A DNA stretch of 64,000 nt from a virus. The stretch lies in IMG/VR virus record IMGVR_UViG_3300012090_000181. One strand, given 5' to 3'. Under the pieces are notes generated by a model. The model saw nothing but the letters and a program-made list of their open reading frames with translations. It did no database searches and was not told where the DNA came from. How positions within the stretch are numbered: position 1 is the stretch's first letter; every line of letters begins with the position of its first letter. Positions 56,493 through 64,000 of this stretch are shown one piece after another. The position numbers and the translations under genes were made by a program.

Positions 56493-56626
56493 ACCGGAAA
56501 CATAGTGTCTTCCATAATCACTGCCCGGAGTGGACCACGAAAAGAAGAGAACCAGGCAGAGAACGTTTCATGGGGCTGATAAAAGAAAAGACCAGTCTTT
56601 CAGAGGCAAGCGTTGATAATGCAGCC

Positions 56627-57082
56627 ATGACGTATGACAGGTCAAAAGCAGAGACAGATGCACCTGCGATCAGTGTCACCATCTGCGGTAGCTTTCGGCG
56701 TGGTCAGGATCAACTGCACCAGGCTCATCAGGAGCTGTTGGATCACGGCTGCATAATCTTGTCACCGAAGGCTCTGCATTGGGTCGCGGAGACGGAAGGC
56801 TTCGTCTTTGCCGAGCATGAGCTTCACTCTACTCCGGCTGAGGTCGAAGAACGCCATCTGAAGACGATCGATGAGGCGGACATGATCTGGCTGCACAATC
56901 CTGACGGCCATCTCGGGATCAGTGCGGCGGTTGAAATCGGCTATGCGCATGCCGTGGGCACTCCTGTATTCAGTCAGAGACCATTGCATCACCAGCCCGG
57001 TCTGGCAGGACTGATCAAAGTGGTCTCCTCGCCGGCTGCGGCCGTCCAGACGATACAGAAAGCGTTGCCAGAAGAGCGTTGA
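56627..57082 (+). CDS. Nucleoside 2-deoxyribosyltransferase-like protein
   Basis: TICGSFR, ILSP, HLKTIDEADMIWL.NPDG..GISAAVEIGYA..GTPV. Confidence 0.65.
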   Translation: MTYDRSKAETDAPAISVTICGSFRRGQDQLHQAHQELLDHGCIILSPKALHWVAETEGFVFAEHELHSTPAEVEERHLKTIDEADMIWLHNPDGHLGISAAVEIGYAHAVGTPVFSQRPLHHQPGLAGLIKVVSSPAAAVQTIQKALPEER

Positions 57083-57111
57083 AGCAAGAGCAGGCTGAGA
57101 CAGAGGCCTAT

Positions 57112-57429
57112 TTATTTCTTGGTAGTCTTCTTTTTGGCCGCCGCAGGTTTCTTCTTTCCGGCTTTACCCTTCGCCGGTTTGCGTCTTGGCTTTTTCGGGC
57201 GGATCGTGAAGCGGAACTTACGTGGTGCCTCGGGGTCATAAGTATCGGCTGATGCCACCCAGTCAAGCTCACACAATCGTTTGAGATCGCCGGCATCTAT
57301 CTTGACGGTGATCAATCCGGCCCCGGCAAGCACCTTGACCACATCCACGCTCTCTCCCAGGGTTTCGGACAGCTCCCGGGTGCGCTCGCGTTGAGCGCCG
57401 ACCACGGTGATGATCGCGTCATCGGCCAT
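57112..57429 (-). CDS. Small alpha/beta protein with Lys/Ala/Pro-rich tail
   Basis: TATCAT 6 nt before ATG 57429; KKPRRKPAKGKAGKKKPAAAKKKTTKK tail. Confidence 0.65.
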   Translation of the reverse strand: MADDAIITVVGAQRERTRELSETLGESVDVVKVLAGAGLITVKIDAGDLKRLCELDWVASADTYDPEAPRKFRFTIRPKKPRRKPAKGKAGKKKPAAAKKKTTKK

Positions 57430-57607
57430 ACTCCAATGATAGCAGTAAATCAGTGTCTCGGTGAGTAGCAAAACTTTTCTTGGCTTCGGCGACTATGGCC
57501 CCCCGGCAAAGAAGCCGGCAATCATATGCCCCGGTTCTGCTCCGATAGCTGACCGCATAGAAGACCCTGCCACCAGATCCGAAAACCAGGTGAAGCCCGA
57601 AGCAGGA

Positions 57608-58183
57608 TCAGATCATCAAATAGCCGAGCAGCGCCGCTGGTTCGGCTGCGTCATCGACGTAGAGCAAGAACCGATCAGGATCGCCATGGGTCGGCAGGAT
57701 ACTGGTGAGATAACGCCACTCGCCCTGGATGCCGACGGATCTTTCCAAGATCGCCATCCGGCCTGCACGGGTGACCAATGGGAGATCCTTGGCCGCTTTC
57801 TCTGCCTCCAACTCCAGCAGTCCCGGAGCGATCTCACTGCTTACCCTGACCACTGAAAGATCCTTGCGCTTGGCCTGGTCTTTCAAGAATTTTATGTGAT
57901 CTTCGGCGAGCGGAGGAGGATCAACCGGCTCGAAGTGATAATCTGCGATCAGCTGGTCAGGAATGTCAGCGCTCCGGATGCCCCAATCAGTCCCACCGGC
58001 GAAGCCTTGACAATCAGTCCAATAGCTACGGTCATCGGCCAGCGGCAGCTCATCATGAGTGATCACCGTCGGCCACCATTGCTTCGGTTCGACCAAGAGC
58101 GGAGCCGGCCGTTGTCCGGACGGTCGGGCCAGATCTCCATAAAGAATATCGTCAGGGCTGCTGATCGAAGTCCCACCTCGCAT
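57608..58183 (-). CDS. ILYG-tagged family A protein
   Basis: MRGG..PDDILYG; GFAGGTDWGIRSADIP; GEWRY..LLYVD..LLGYLM. Confidence 0.85.
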   Translation of the reverse strand: MRGGTSISSPDDILYGDLARPSGQRPAPLLVEPKQWWPTVITHDELPLADDRSYWTDCQGFAGGTDWGIRSADIPDQLIADYHFEPVDPPPLAEDHIKFLKDQAKRKDLSVVRVSSEIAPGLLELEAEKAAKDLPLVTRAGRMAILERSVGIQGEWRYLTSILPTHGDPDRFLLYVDDAAEPAALLGYLMI

Positions 58184-58303
58184 ATCCTCAGCATAGCAGG
58201 ATGATGCACCGTCTGCTGAAGCTACTGAAGCCGACGCGGCCCGCTGCGATGCAGGGCCGCTCCTCTGCGCATAACCCGTTCATCCTTCTGTAACTGAAGG
58301 CAT

Positions 58304-58927
58304 TCAGTCGATCATGTACCAACCGAGCAACTGGCTCTCGGAGTGGGTTCGATCGACGTAGAGCATCGTCCGGAATCCTATCTTGTCAAAATAGGTCTCA
58401 TGATATAGCCACTCAGCGGCGGTCTTGGATTGCTGCTCGATGAAAGCCAGCACATGCGTATTGGCCGAAAGGACATCCAGTTCCGCATCTGCCGATCCGG
58501 CAGGCATCACCGACCACCAAGAATCACCTGAGCCGCTTCGATGCAGTTCGGAGACGAACTCGATCGGCTTCAACCCGTCATCAGCGAATGCCGTCGTCCG
58601 AAAATGATCGACCCAACGGGTCTCATCCTCTCCTGGAGGCCGCTGCCGAGAGCTGAGCTCGCGGGCGCGGGAGACAGAGAAAACGACCGGCGGGATCTTC
58701 GCATCGTTCAGCTCAGACGGAAGAGATACGCTCCGCACACCCCAGTAGAAGTTACCGCTGTAGCCCTGATGATCGACGAAGAAAGTATGGTCATCGACCA
58801 GCAGCCTGCTCAGGTCCAGTTTCAGCGGCCAATAGTTCTGCCTGGTGACCGGGCCGGCCGACCCCACGCGCGGCCCAGAAGCACCATAGAGGATCTCCTC
58901 TGCCATCTGTGATCGCCCGCGCGCCAT
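58304..58927 (-). CDS. ILYG-tagged family A protein
   Basis: MARG..AEEILYG; GYSGNFYWGVRSVSLP; MLYVD..LLGWYM. Confidence 0.85.
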   Translation of the reverse strand: MARGRSQMAEEILYGASGPRVGSAGPVTRQNYWPLKLDLSRLLVDDHTFFVDHQGYSGNFYWGVRSVSLPSELNDAKIPPVVFSVSRARELSSRQRPPGEDETRWVDHFRTTAFADDGLKPIEFVSELHRSGSGDSWWSVMPAGSADAELDVLSANTHVLAFIEQQSKTAAEWLYHETYFDKIGFRTMLYVDRTHSESQLLGWYMID

Positions 58928-59154
58928 GCATTCAGTTTAGCAGAGAGCCAGGCGGCCGCTGATGTTGTGTGCGGCCAAACTTCCTTGACCCGATGCGAGA
59001 AGCTACTCTGTCTTGATGAGCAAGAAGATATTCCTTACTGGTCCTCCATATATTCTTTCTGAAGAAATAGAATGAACAGTTCTCCGCCTGTGAAGTCTAT
59101 GACAGCCATGAGTATTCATCATGCCGATCGTTCAGGACTGTGACCGAATAACAG

Positions 59155-59433
59155 ATGAACCAATCATACAAAAATGAAAAATATGCCGAAACTTGCCTGG
59201 CCATCTGTTTGGTGGCAGCCACACTGTTCTTGTTCTTCATATTGCGTCTCGGCTGGATCTGCTTTCTCGGCTTGGTTCCTGCCGGAGGCATCGGGCATTA
59301 TCTGGTTACAGAGATAGCCCCCGAACGGCGCAGCTTCAAGGGCGCTCTCTTTTTCCTTTTATTGCCGTTCGCCACCGTCGTACTCATCGGATCGGTCGAG
59401 ACGGGGATATTCTTGTCTCAGAATAGCGAATGA
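59155..59433 (+). CDS. Small membrane protein (3 TM)
   Basis: Hydrophobic ORF in an AT-richer gap. Confidence 0.5.
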   Translation: MNQSYKNEKYAETCLAICLVAATLFLFFILRLGWICFLGLVPAGGIGHYLVTEIAPERRSFKGALFFLLLPFATVVLIGSVETGIFLSQNSE

Positions 59434-59483
59434 ACAGGTGCCAGACAGTTATGTAGTTCATTCGCTGCTGATGTTGTGTGGCT

Positions 59484-60032
59484 TCAAGTTGCATAGAGAC
59501 GCCAGCCGAGGAGTTGCGGCTCGGTATCGCTGCAGTCGAGATAGAGAAGATGCCGTAGTCCCTCACTATCTTTCCACATCCAGCTTCCTTCTGTCGCGCT
59601 GATCTGCTCGATCGCGGTCATGAAACTGGTGTCGGCGCGCTTACGATAGTTCGGCAATCCCTCGAAATAAAGCTCCCACTCACGAGAGCCTGCTTTCCTG
59701 ATCTCCACCTCACCGAGATCCTCGGGAGATCTTGCCATATCGATCAGCTTATCCACGAACTGATCTACTTGCGGCGAGGTATCATTCTGCCTCAGCTGCT
59801 TTCGTAGATCTTGCGGTAGCGTCCGACTCCGGGCGCCCCAGAAGGTCCAGCCACTGAAACCGAGATGATCCTGAAAATATGAGGTTCCGAACTTACGAAA
59901 AATCGAGTAGTCGATCTCATCGACCCAGTACTCCTTTGGCAGCAGGACCCTGGCCTCGGCTTTTGCCCCCCGGGCAGTAGTCACCCCGTAAAGGATATTG
60001 TCAGCCCCTGTATCTGTCTGCCCACGACCCAT
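59484..60032 (-). CDS. ILYG-tagged family A protein
   Basis: MGRG..ADNILYG; GFSGWTFWGARSRTLP; LLYLD..LLGW. Confidence 0.85.
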   Translation of the reverse strand: MGRGQTDTGADNILYGVTTARGAKAEARVLLPKEYWVDEIDYSIFRKFGTSYFQDHLGFSGWTFWGARSRTLPQDLRKQLRQNDTSPQVDQFVDKLIDMARSPEDLGEVEIRKAGSREWELYFEGLPNYRKRADTSFMTAIEQISATEGSWMWKDSEGLRHLLYLDCSDTEPQLLGWRLYAT

Positions 60033-60112
60033 GAGACCAGGATAGCAAAGATCCCTGTATCTGCTGATGTTGCATATGGCGAAAGGCGGCTCCAGAAAAG
60101 CGCCTGCTCTGA

Positions 60113-60424
60113 TCAGCGATCTTCTAGCTTGTCGATCCGGCGAGGGCTGATCTTTTTGGTGACGATAAAACTGGTGCCTCCTTCGGTGGCAAAGTCCTCG
60201 ACCATCTGCGGATCCAATCCTTCGGCATCGATCTCATATACGAAGCCACCATACTCTCCGGCCTCGTCTGCACTGTCGGTCAGGTATACGGCTCGCTTCT
60301 CGCCGCCGGTCAAACCTGTATCATACGGGGTCAGGCCGCGCTTGTCGGCTTCTGAATAGTTGGTACCATGATATAAGCGTGGCACCATGTTCTTCGGCTG
60401 ATCGCCTCCCTGTCCTCGTCCCAT
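60113..60424 (-). CDS. MGRG-start small ART-fold-like protein
   Basis: LYHGT..RGL..VYLT..AGEYG.FVYEI; paralog of 37147; TATCCT 6 nt before ATG. Confidence 0.55.
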   Translation of the reverse strand: MGRGQGGDQPKNMVPRLYHGTNYSEADKRGLTPYDTGLTGGEKRAVYLTDSADEAGEYGGFVYEIDAEGLDPQMVEDFATEGGTSFIVTKKISPRRIDKLEDR

Positions 60425-60475
60425 ATGTGTAGGATAAGGGATCGGCGGCGCGGCTGCCGACTATCATCATACCCA

Positions 60476-61066
60476 TCAGACCATGATCCAGCCAAGCAGC
60501 TGATGCTCATCAGCCTTCGGATCAACGTAGAGGATGAACTGCTGACTACTGCTTTTCCTGAAAAGGCTCTTCCCGCTGCCAGGAGCATAGATCCATTCAC
60601 CCTCGATCATGCTCTGTTGTTCGATGAATGCCAGCAGACTTGCCTCGGCATTGAACCAGGTATCGACCACTCCTTTGATCTCCAGCCAATAGGCATCCAG
60701 GCCGATTTTATCACCCATGGTAACTCGCGGATATTCATCAGCATGAGCTGCCCGCGTCTTCAAGGCAGACAGCTGGTAAAGCAATGCCGAAGGCGGCTCG
60801 TCGACATGCATCCTGCTCATCAACTCATCAGGCAAGTACTGACTGCGAACGCCCCATGAGTGATACCCACTGTATCCTTCCAGATCCAGAGAACAGATGT
60901 TCCCACGCGTGGCTACAGTCGAGTAATCGATCACGTCCGGCCACCACTCCTTGGGCTGGACCAGTTCAGTCTGATCGCTCTTGGGCAGGCGCGAACCGGC
61001 TTCTCCATAGAGGATGTTCTCAGCTCCGGTGAGGTACTCCTGCTCAGGTCCGCGATCAAGAATCAT
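60476..61066 (-). CDS. ILYG-tagged family A protein
   Basis: AENILYG; GYSGYHSWGVRSQYLP; ILYVD..LLGWIM; TATCAT 6 nt before ATG 61066. Confidence 0.85.
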   Translation of the reverse strand: MILDRGPEQEYLTGAENILYGEAGSRLPKSDQTELVQPKEWWPDVIDYSTVATRGNICSLDLEGYSGYHSWGVRSQYLPDELMSRMHVDEPPSALLYQLSALKTRAAHADEYPRVTMGDKIGLDAYWLEIKGVVDTWFNAEASLLAFIEQQSMIEGEWIYAPGSGKSLFRKSSSQQFILYVDPKADEHQLLGWIMV

Positions 61067-61206
61067 CAACTGATGATAGCAGATCGTACCGTATTCTTGA
61101 CCTTGACAAGGTGCGGTTGCAACTGATCGGCGTGTTGCCGCAGTGCGTGCAATGTCAGTCATGGCCCGATCAGGTGCAGTTTCCGGCCGGGGATTACCAT
61201 CAGAGT

Positions 61207-61650
61207 ATGACCTGCGATCCCGGCGGCGTACCGAAGACGAAAAGATTACAAGCAAAACCGATCTCGAAACTGAGCCGGCGCGAGCTCGCCGAATGTGAGC
61301 AGCTCAGCTTTCAAGATCATGGTGAGATGAGCTATCACCTGCATGATGTCGCCGCCGGTAATCGAGACGGCATCACATTGTTCATCCAAGATGATGCAGG
61401 ATATATCATCGCCTGGGCATTGCTCTGCGATCTACATGATCGAAAACTGGCCTCGGCTGTACCAGAAGCGCAGAGTTCTCAACAGCGGGCCTTCTTCTAT
61501 GTTGCTCCCGAACATCGACGGAGAGGCCTGGGAAAGCGTTTGATGGCGGCGGTCTTGCGTCGTGATGATCATGCCCGGGTCAAATCATGGGATGCTGCCA
61601 GCGAGGCATTCTTTGATCGCTATCCTGAGCTTGATCACATTGGCTTGTGA
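61207..61650 (+). CDS. GNAT family N-acetyltransferase
   Basis: FFYVAPEHRRRGLGKRLM, ASEAFF; TACCAT 6 nt before ATG 61207. Confidence 0.8.
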   Translation: MTCDPGGVPKTKRLQAKPISKLSRRELAECEQLSFQDHGEMSYHLHDVAAGNRDGITLFIQDDAGYIIAWALLCDLHDRKLASAVPEAQSSQQRAFFYVAPEHRRRGLGKRLMAAVLRRDDHARVKSWDAASEAFFDRYPELDHIGL

Positions 61651-61757
61651 GCGCGCCGGCCAGTATAAAATACTCCTGTAAGAGGATCATCTGAGAACTG
61701 TGTCCTTCAGCTTGATCACCTTTCTCTCATGCTCAAACGCGCCGGCAACAGGAGCAG

Positions 61758-62786
61758 ATGATTACCATCGGACAGACGCTCATGATCGAAGCCATCGGAC
61801 TGAAGAAAACCTATGAACAGAAGGTCGCGGTCGATGACCTGTCTTTTGGGGTCCGACCCGGGATCGTCACCGGCTTTCTCGGTCCGAACGGGGCCGGTAA
61901 ATCGACGACCATGCGGCTCCTGCTCGGCCTGGATCGCCCTGATGTTGGACAGGCCTTGATCAACGGTAGGCCTTACCGCGAGCTTGAGGCCCCATTGTCT
62001 GAAGTCGGGGCCTTGCTGGAGGCCAAGGCTGTTCATCCGGGGCGCAGCGCCCGTGCTCATCTGATCGCCCTGGCGCGGACCCAGGGCATAGCCAAGTCCA
62101 GAGTGGACGAAGTTCTACAGTTGGTCGGCATAGAAGCAGTGGCCTCAGAAGCCGTCGGCAGCTTCTCCCTCGGTATGGGCCAACGGCTCGGGATCGCTGT
62201 CGCCCTGCTCGGCGATCCGCAGGTGGTCATGCTTGACGAGCCGATCAACGGTCTTGACGCCGAAGGCATCCACTGGGTTCGCAGCCTGCTCAGATACCTT
62301 GCCGGCGAAGGACGAACTGTCTTCGTCAGCTCACATGTGATGAGCGAGATGGCGATAACCGCCGATCACCTGATCGTCATCGGCCAAGGCCGGCTGATCG
62401 CCGACACCAGTGTCTCCGATTTCATCGACGCTGCCGGGGTCCGTTCGGTCCGGGTTCGCTCTCCGCAGTTGAGCGAGCTACGAGCAAAGCTTATCGCCGC
62501 CGGCGGAAGCGTAGCGGAGAGTACCGGCTCTGATGATGCCGGCTTGTCCGTCACCGGATTGAGTATCGAAGCCATCGGCGAGCTCGCCGCCGCTGCGGGA
62601 CTGGTCTTGCATGAGCTGACAGAAATACAGGCTTCCCTTGAGGAAGCGTTCATGGAGCAGACCGGTCATGCGGTCGATTATCAGACCGGTAGCCAAGTCG
62701 GCTCGGTGGGTGCATCTGCTTTCGATGCATCTGATCACCGGCCCGAGCCGACGATCCTGGCCGACGGCGAAAGGGAGGATGGATGA
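61758..62786 (+). CDS. ABC transporter ATP-binding protein (drug/lantibiotic exporter type)
   Basis: GPNGAGKST, FSLGMGQRLG, MLDEP, SSH. Confidence 0.95.
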   Translation: MITIGQTLMIEAIGLKKTYEQKVAVDDLSFGVRPGIVTGFLGPNGAGKSTTMRLLLGLDRPDVGQALINGRPYRELEAPLSEVGALLEAKAVHPGRSARAHLIALARTQGIAKSRVDEVLQLVGIEAVASEAVGSFSLGMGQRLGIAVALLGDPQVVMLDEPINGLDAEGIHWVRSLLRYLAGEGRTVFVSSHVMSEMAITADHLIVIGQGRLIADTSVSDFIDAAGVRSVRVRSPQLSELRAKLIAAGGSVAESTGSDDAGLSVTGLSIEAIGELAAAAGLVLHELTEIQASLEEAFMEQTGHAVDYQTGSQVGSVGASAFDASDHRPEPTILADGEREDG

Positions 62787-63604
62787 AACAGCGGACGAGA
62801 ACAGCAGGCGCATCGGCGCGGCCGCAGCCCAAGGTGACCCAATGGCGGGTCATCTGCTCGGAGTGGGGCAAACTACTCTCGGTCAGATCGACCAAATGGA
62901 CGATGGTCATCTCCCTGACCTTGATCATCGGTTTCGGCATCGCCATCAGCGCGATCTTCAGTGCTCAATGGAACAGCTTGTCGCAAGCACAACAGATGAG
63001 CTACGACCCACTGGACATCGGCCTGGGCGGGATCGGGCTGGCGCAGCTGTCGATCAGTGTGCTCGGCGTGTTGGCGATCAGCTCCGAATACTCGACAGGT
63101 ATGATCCGAGCCGATTTTCTGGCCGTGCCGAAAAGATTACCGATCCTCTGGGGCAAGGCTCTGGCCTTCTCCGGTCTGGTCCTGGCGGCGACGATCCCCT
63201 CGGTCTTGATCGCCTTCTTCGCCAGCCAGAAGATCCTTTCAGCCCACGGCAGCTACTCGATCGAAGATACTCATGCGCTGAGGGTCATCGTAGGCAGCAT
63301 CCTGTTCTTGCCGTTGATCGGTGTCTTCAGCCTGGCCGTCGCCGCGATCATCCGTAGTACCGCCGGCAGCATCGCCACCTTGTTCGGATTGTTCTTCGTC
63401 GGCCCGCCGGTGCTGAGCCTACTGCCTGGAGATCTCGGGGAGATCATCCCGAAGTTCTTCCCGGGCGATGCCGCAGCCAGCATGTACTCCAGCCATATCT
63501 CCGGCAACGCGCTATCTCCGATCTGGGGAGGCTTGGTCCTCTGCGGATATATCTGTATCTCCTTGACAATAGCGGCGATACTGCTGCTACGCCGTGATGC
63601 CTGA
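62783..63604 (+). CDS. ABC transporter permease
   Basis: Six TM; SEYSTGMIR..AVPKR; ATGA overlap with the ATPase gene. Confidence 0.9.
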   Translation: MKQRTRTAGASARPQPKVTQWRVICSEWGKLLSVRSTKWTMVISLTLIIGFGIAISAIFSAQWNSLSQAQQMSYDPLDIGLGGIGLAQLSISVLGVLAISSEYSTGMIRADFLAVPKRLPILWGKALAFSGLVLAATIPSVLIAFFASQKILSAHGSYSIEDTHALRVIVGSILFLPLIGVFSLAVAAIIRSTAGSIATLFGLFFVGPPVLSLLPGDLGEIIPKFFPGDAAASMYSSHISGNALSPIWGGLVLCGYICISLTIAAILLLRRDA

Positions 63605-63660
63605 AGACCCGATCTCGGCGAGAAGGTACGGAGCCGGAGCGTTGATGTATTATCATCGAC

Positions 63661-63816
63661 ATGATGCCGGCGATGAAGATCTTCAGCAAACATGACGATA
63701 CGAAGCGCAAGATCCGTAGCAGACTACAGGAAGGTGCTCTGAGCGCGCTGCGTACCCCGGTCAATCCACCGGCTCCGACCCGACTGGTTCCCCTGGACAA
63801 GGATCGGGACCGATGA
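63661..63816 (+). CDS. Possible 51-aa peptide
   Basis: TATTAT 7 nt before ATG 63661; below ORF-track length cutoff. Confidence 0.3.
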   Translation: MMPAMKIFSKHDDTKRKIRSRLQEGALSALRTPVNPPAPTRLVPLDKDRDR

Positions 63817-64000
63817 AAGTTTCAGCTCGGCGGCACTCAGAAGGGCGGCGCTCGCGGACCGGGAATAGTTTGGATGTCTACGGTACGGTGGTCGGTGCCG
63901 GCAAGCCGCTCCCCGCAGATCAGCTGCAACCGATGCTCATCGCTGTCCTGCAGGCCGGGAGCCGCCAGCGTCGATCCAGTTGAAAATTGAAGTCAATCAC

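Noticed and set aside
3-61066. ILYG motif as a DNA recombination site or integron attC-like cassette boundary
   Set aside because: Variation falls on synonymous positions, the motif is always in frame on the coding strand, it is not palindromic and no integrase is present
61758-63604. ABC pair as the export machine for tagged proteins
   Set aside because: Looks like an ordinary two-gene drug/lantibiotic-type exporter with no peptidase domain or adaptor; nothing links it to the tag
1-64000. tRNA, rRNA or tmRNA genes
   Set aside because: No cloverleaf or T-loop/D-loop pairing recognised by eye; tRNAscan-SE or Aragorn would be needed to exclude them
63836-64000. Possible 3' end of a minus-strand gene running off the window
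   Set aside because: Only 55 open codons and no recognisable motif

Overview
Gene-dense, mostly GC-rich window with about 95 CDSs on both strands. I recognised no rRNA, tRNA, CRISPR, integrase, transposase or virion structural gene. A few recognisable enzymes (ProB, RNase Z, CysRS, DinB, PncA, MscS, an ABC transporter, NADAR, BRCT, ATP-grasp, 2H phosphoesterase, GNATs, Zn-ribbon/HNH nuclease) sit singly among many ORFans. That layout looks more like a very large phage or extrachromosomal element of an actinobacterial-type host than a normal chromosome (inference). The main signal is a short N-terminal peptide tag, [DEQ]-x-[IL]-L-[YF]-G ('ILYG'), in 36 soluble ORFs by hand count. These belong to at least three unrelated paralog families plus many singletons, and one further gene carries the motif at its C-terminus. 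The tag often follows an M-[AG]-R-G start, varies at synonymous codon positions, and is absent from the housekeeping enzymes and from membrane or secreted proteins. Two genes with unrelated bodies share a 29/30-nt identical tag-encoding segment, suggesting the tag is swapped as a module. Over 50 genes have a TANNNT -10 box 5-7 nt before the start codon, i.e. leaderless single-gene transcripts. Many starts below were moved from the ORF track on that basis. All family assignments come from motif recognition, not database searches.
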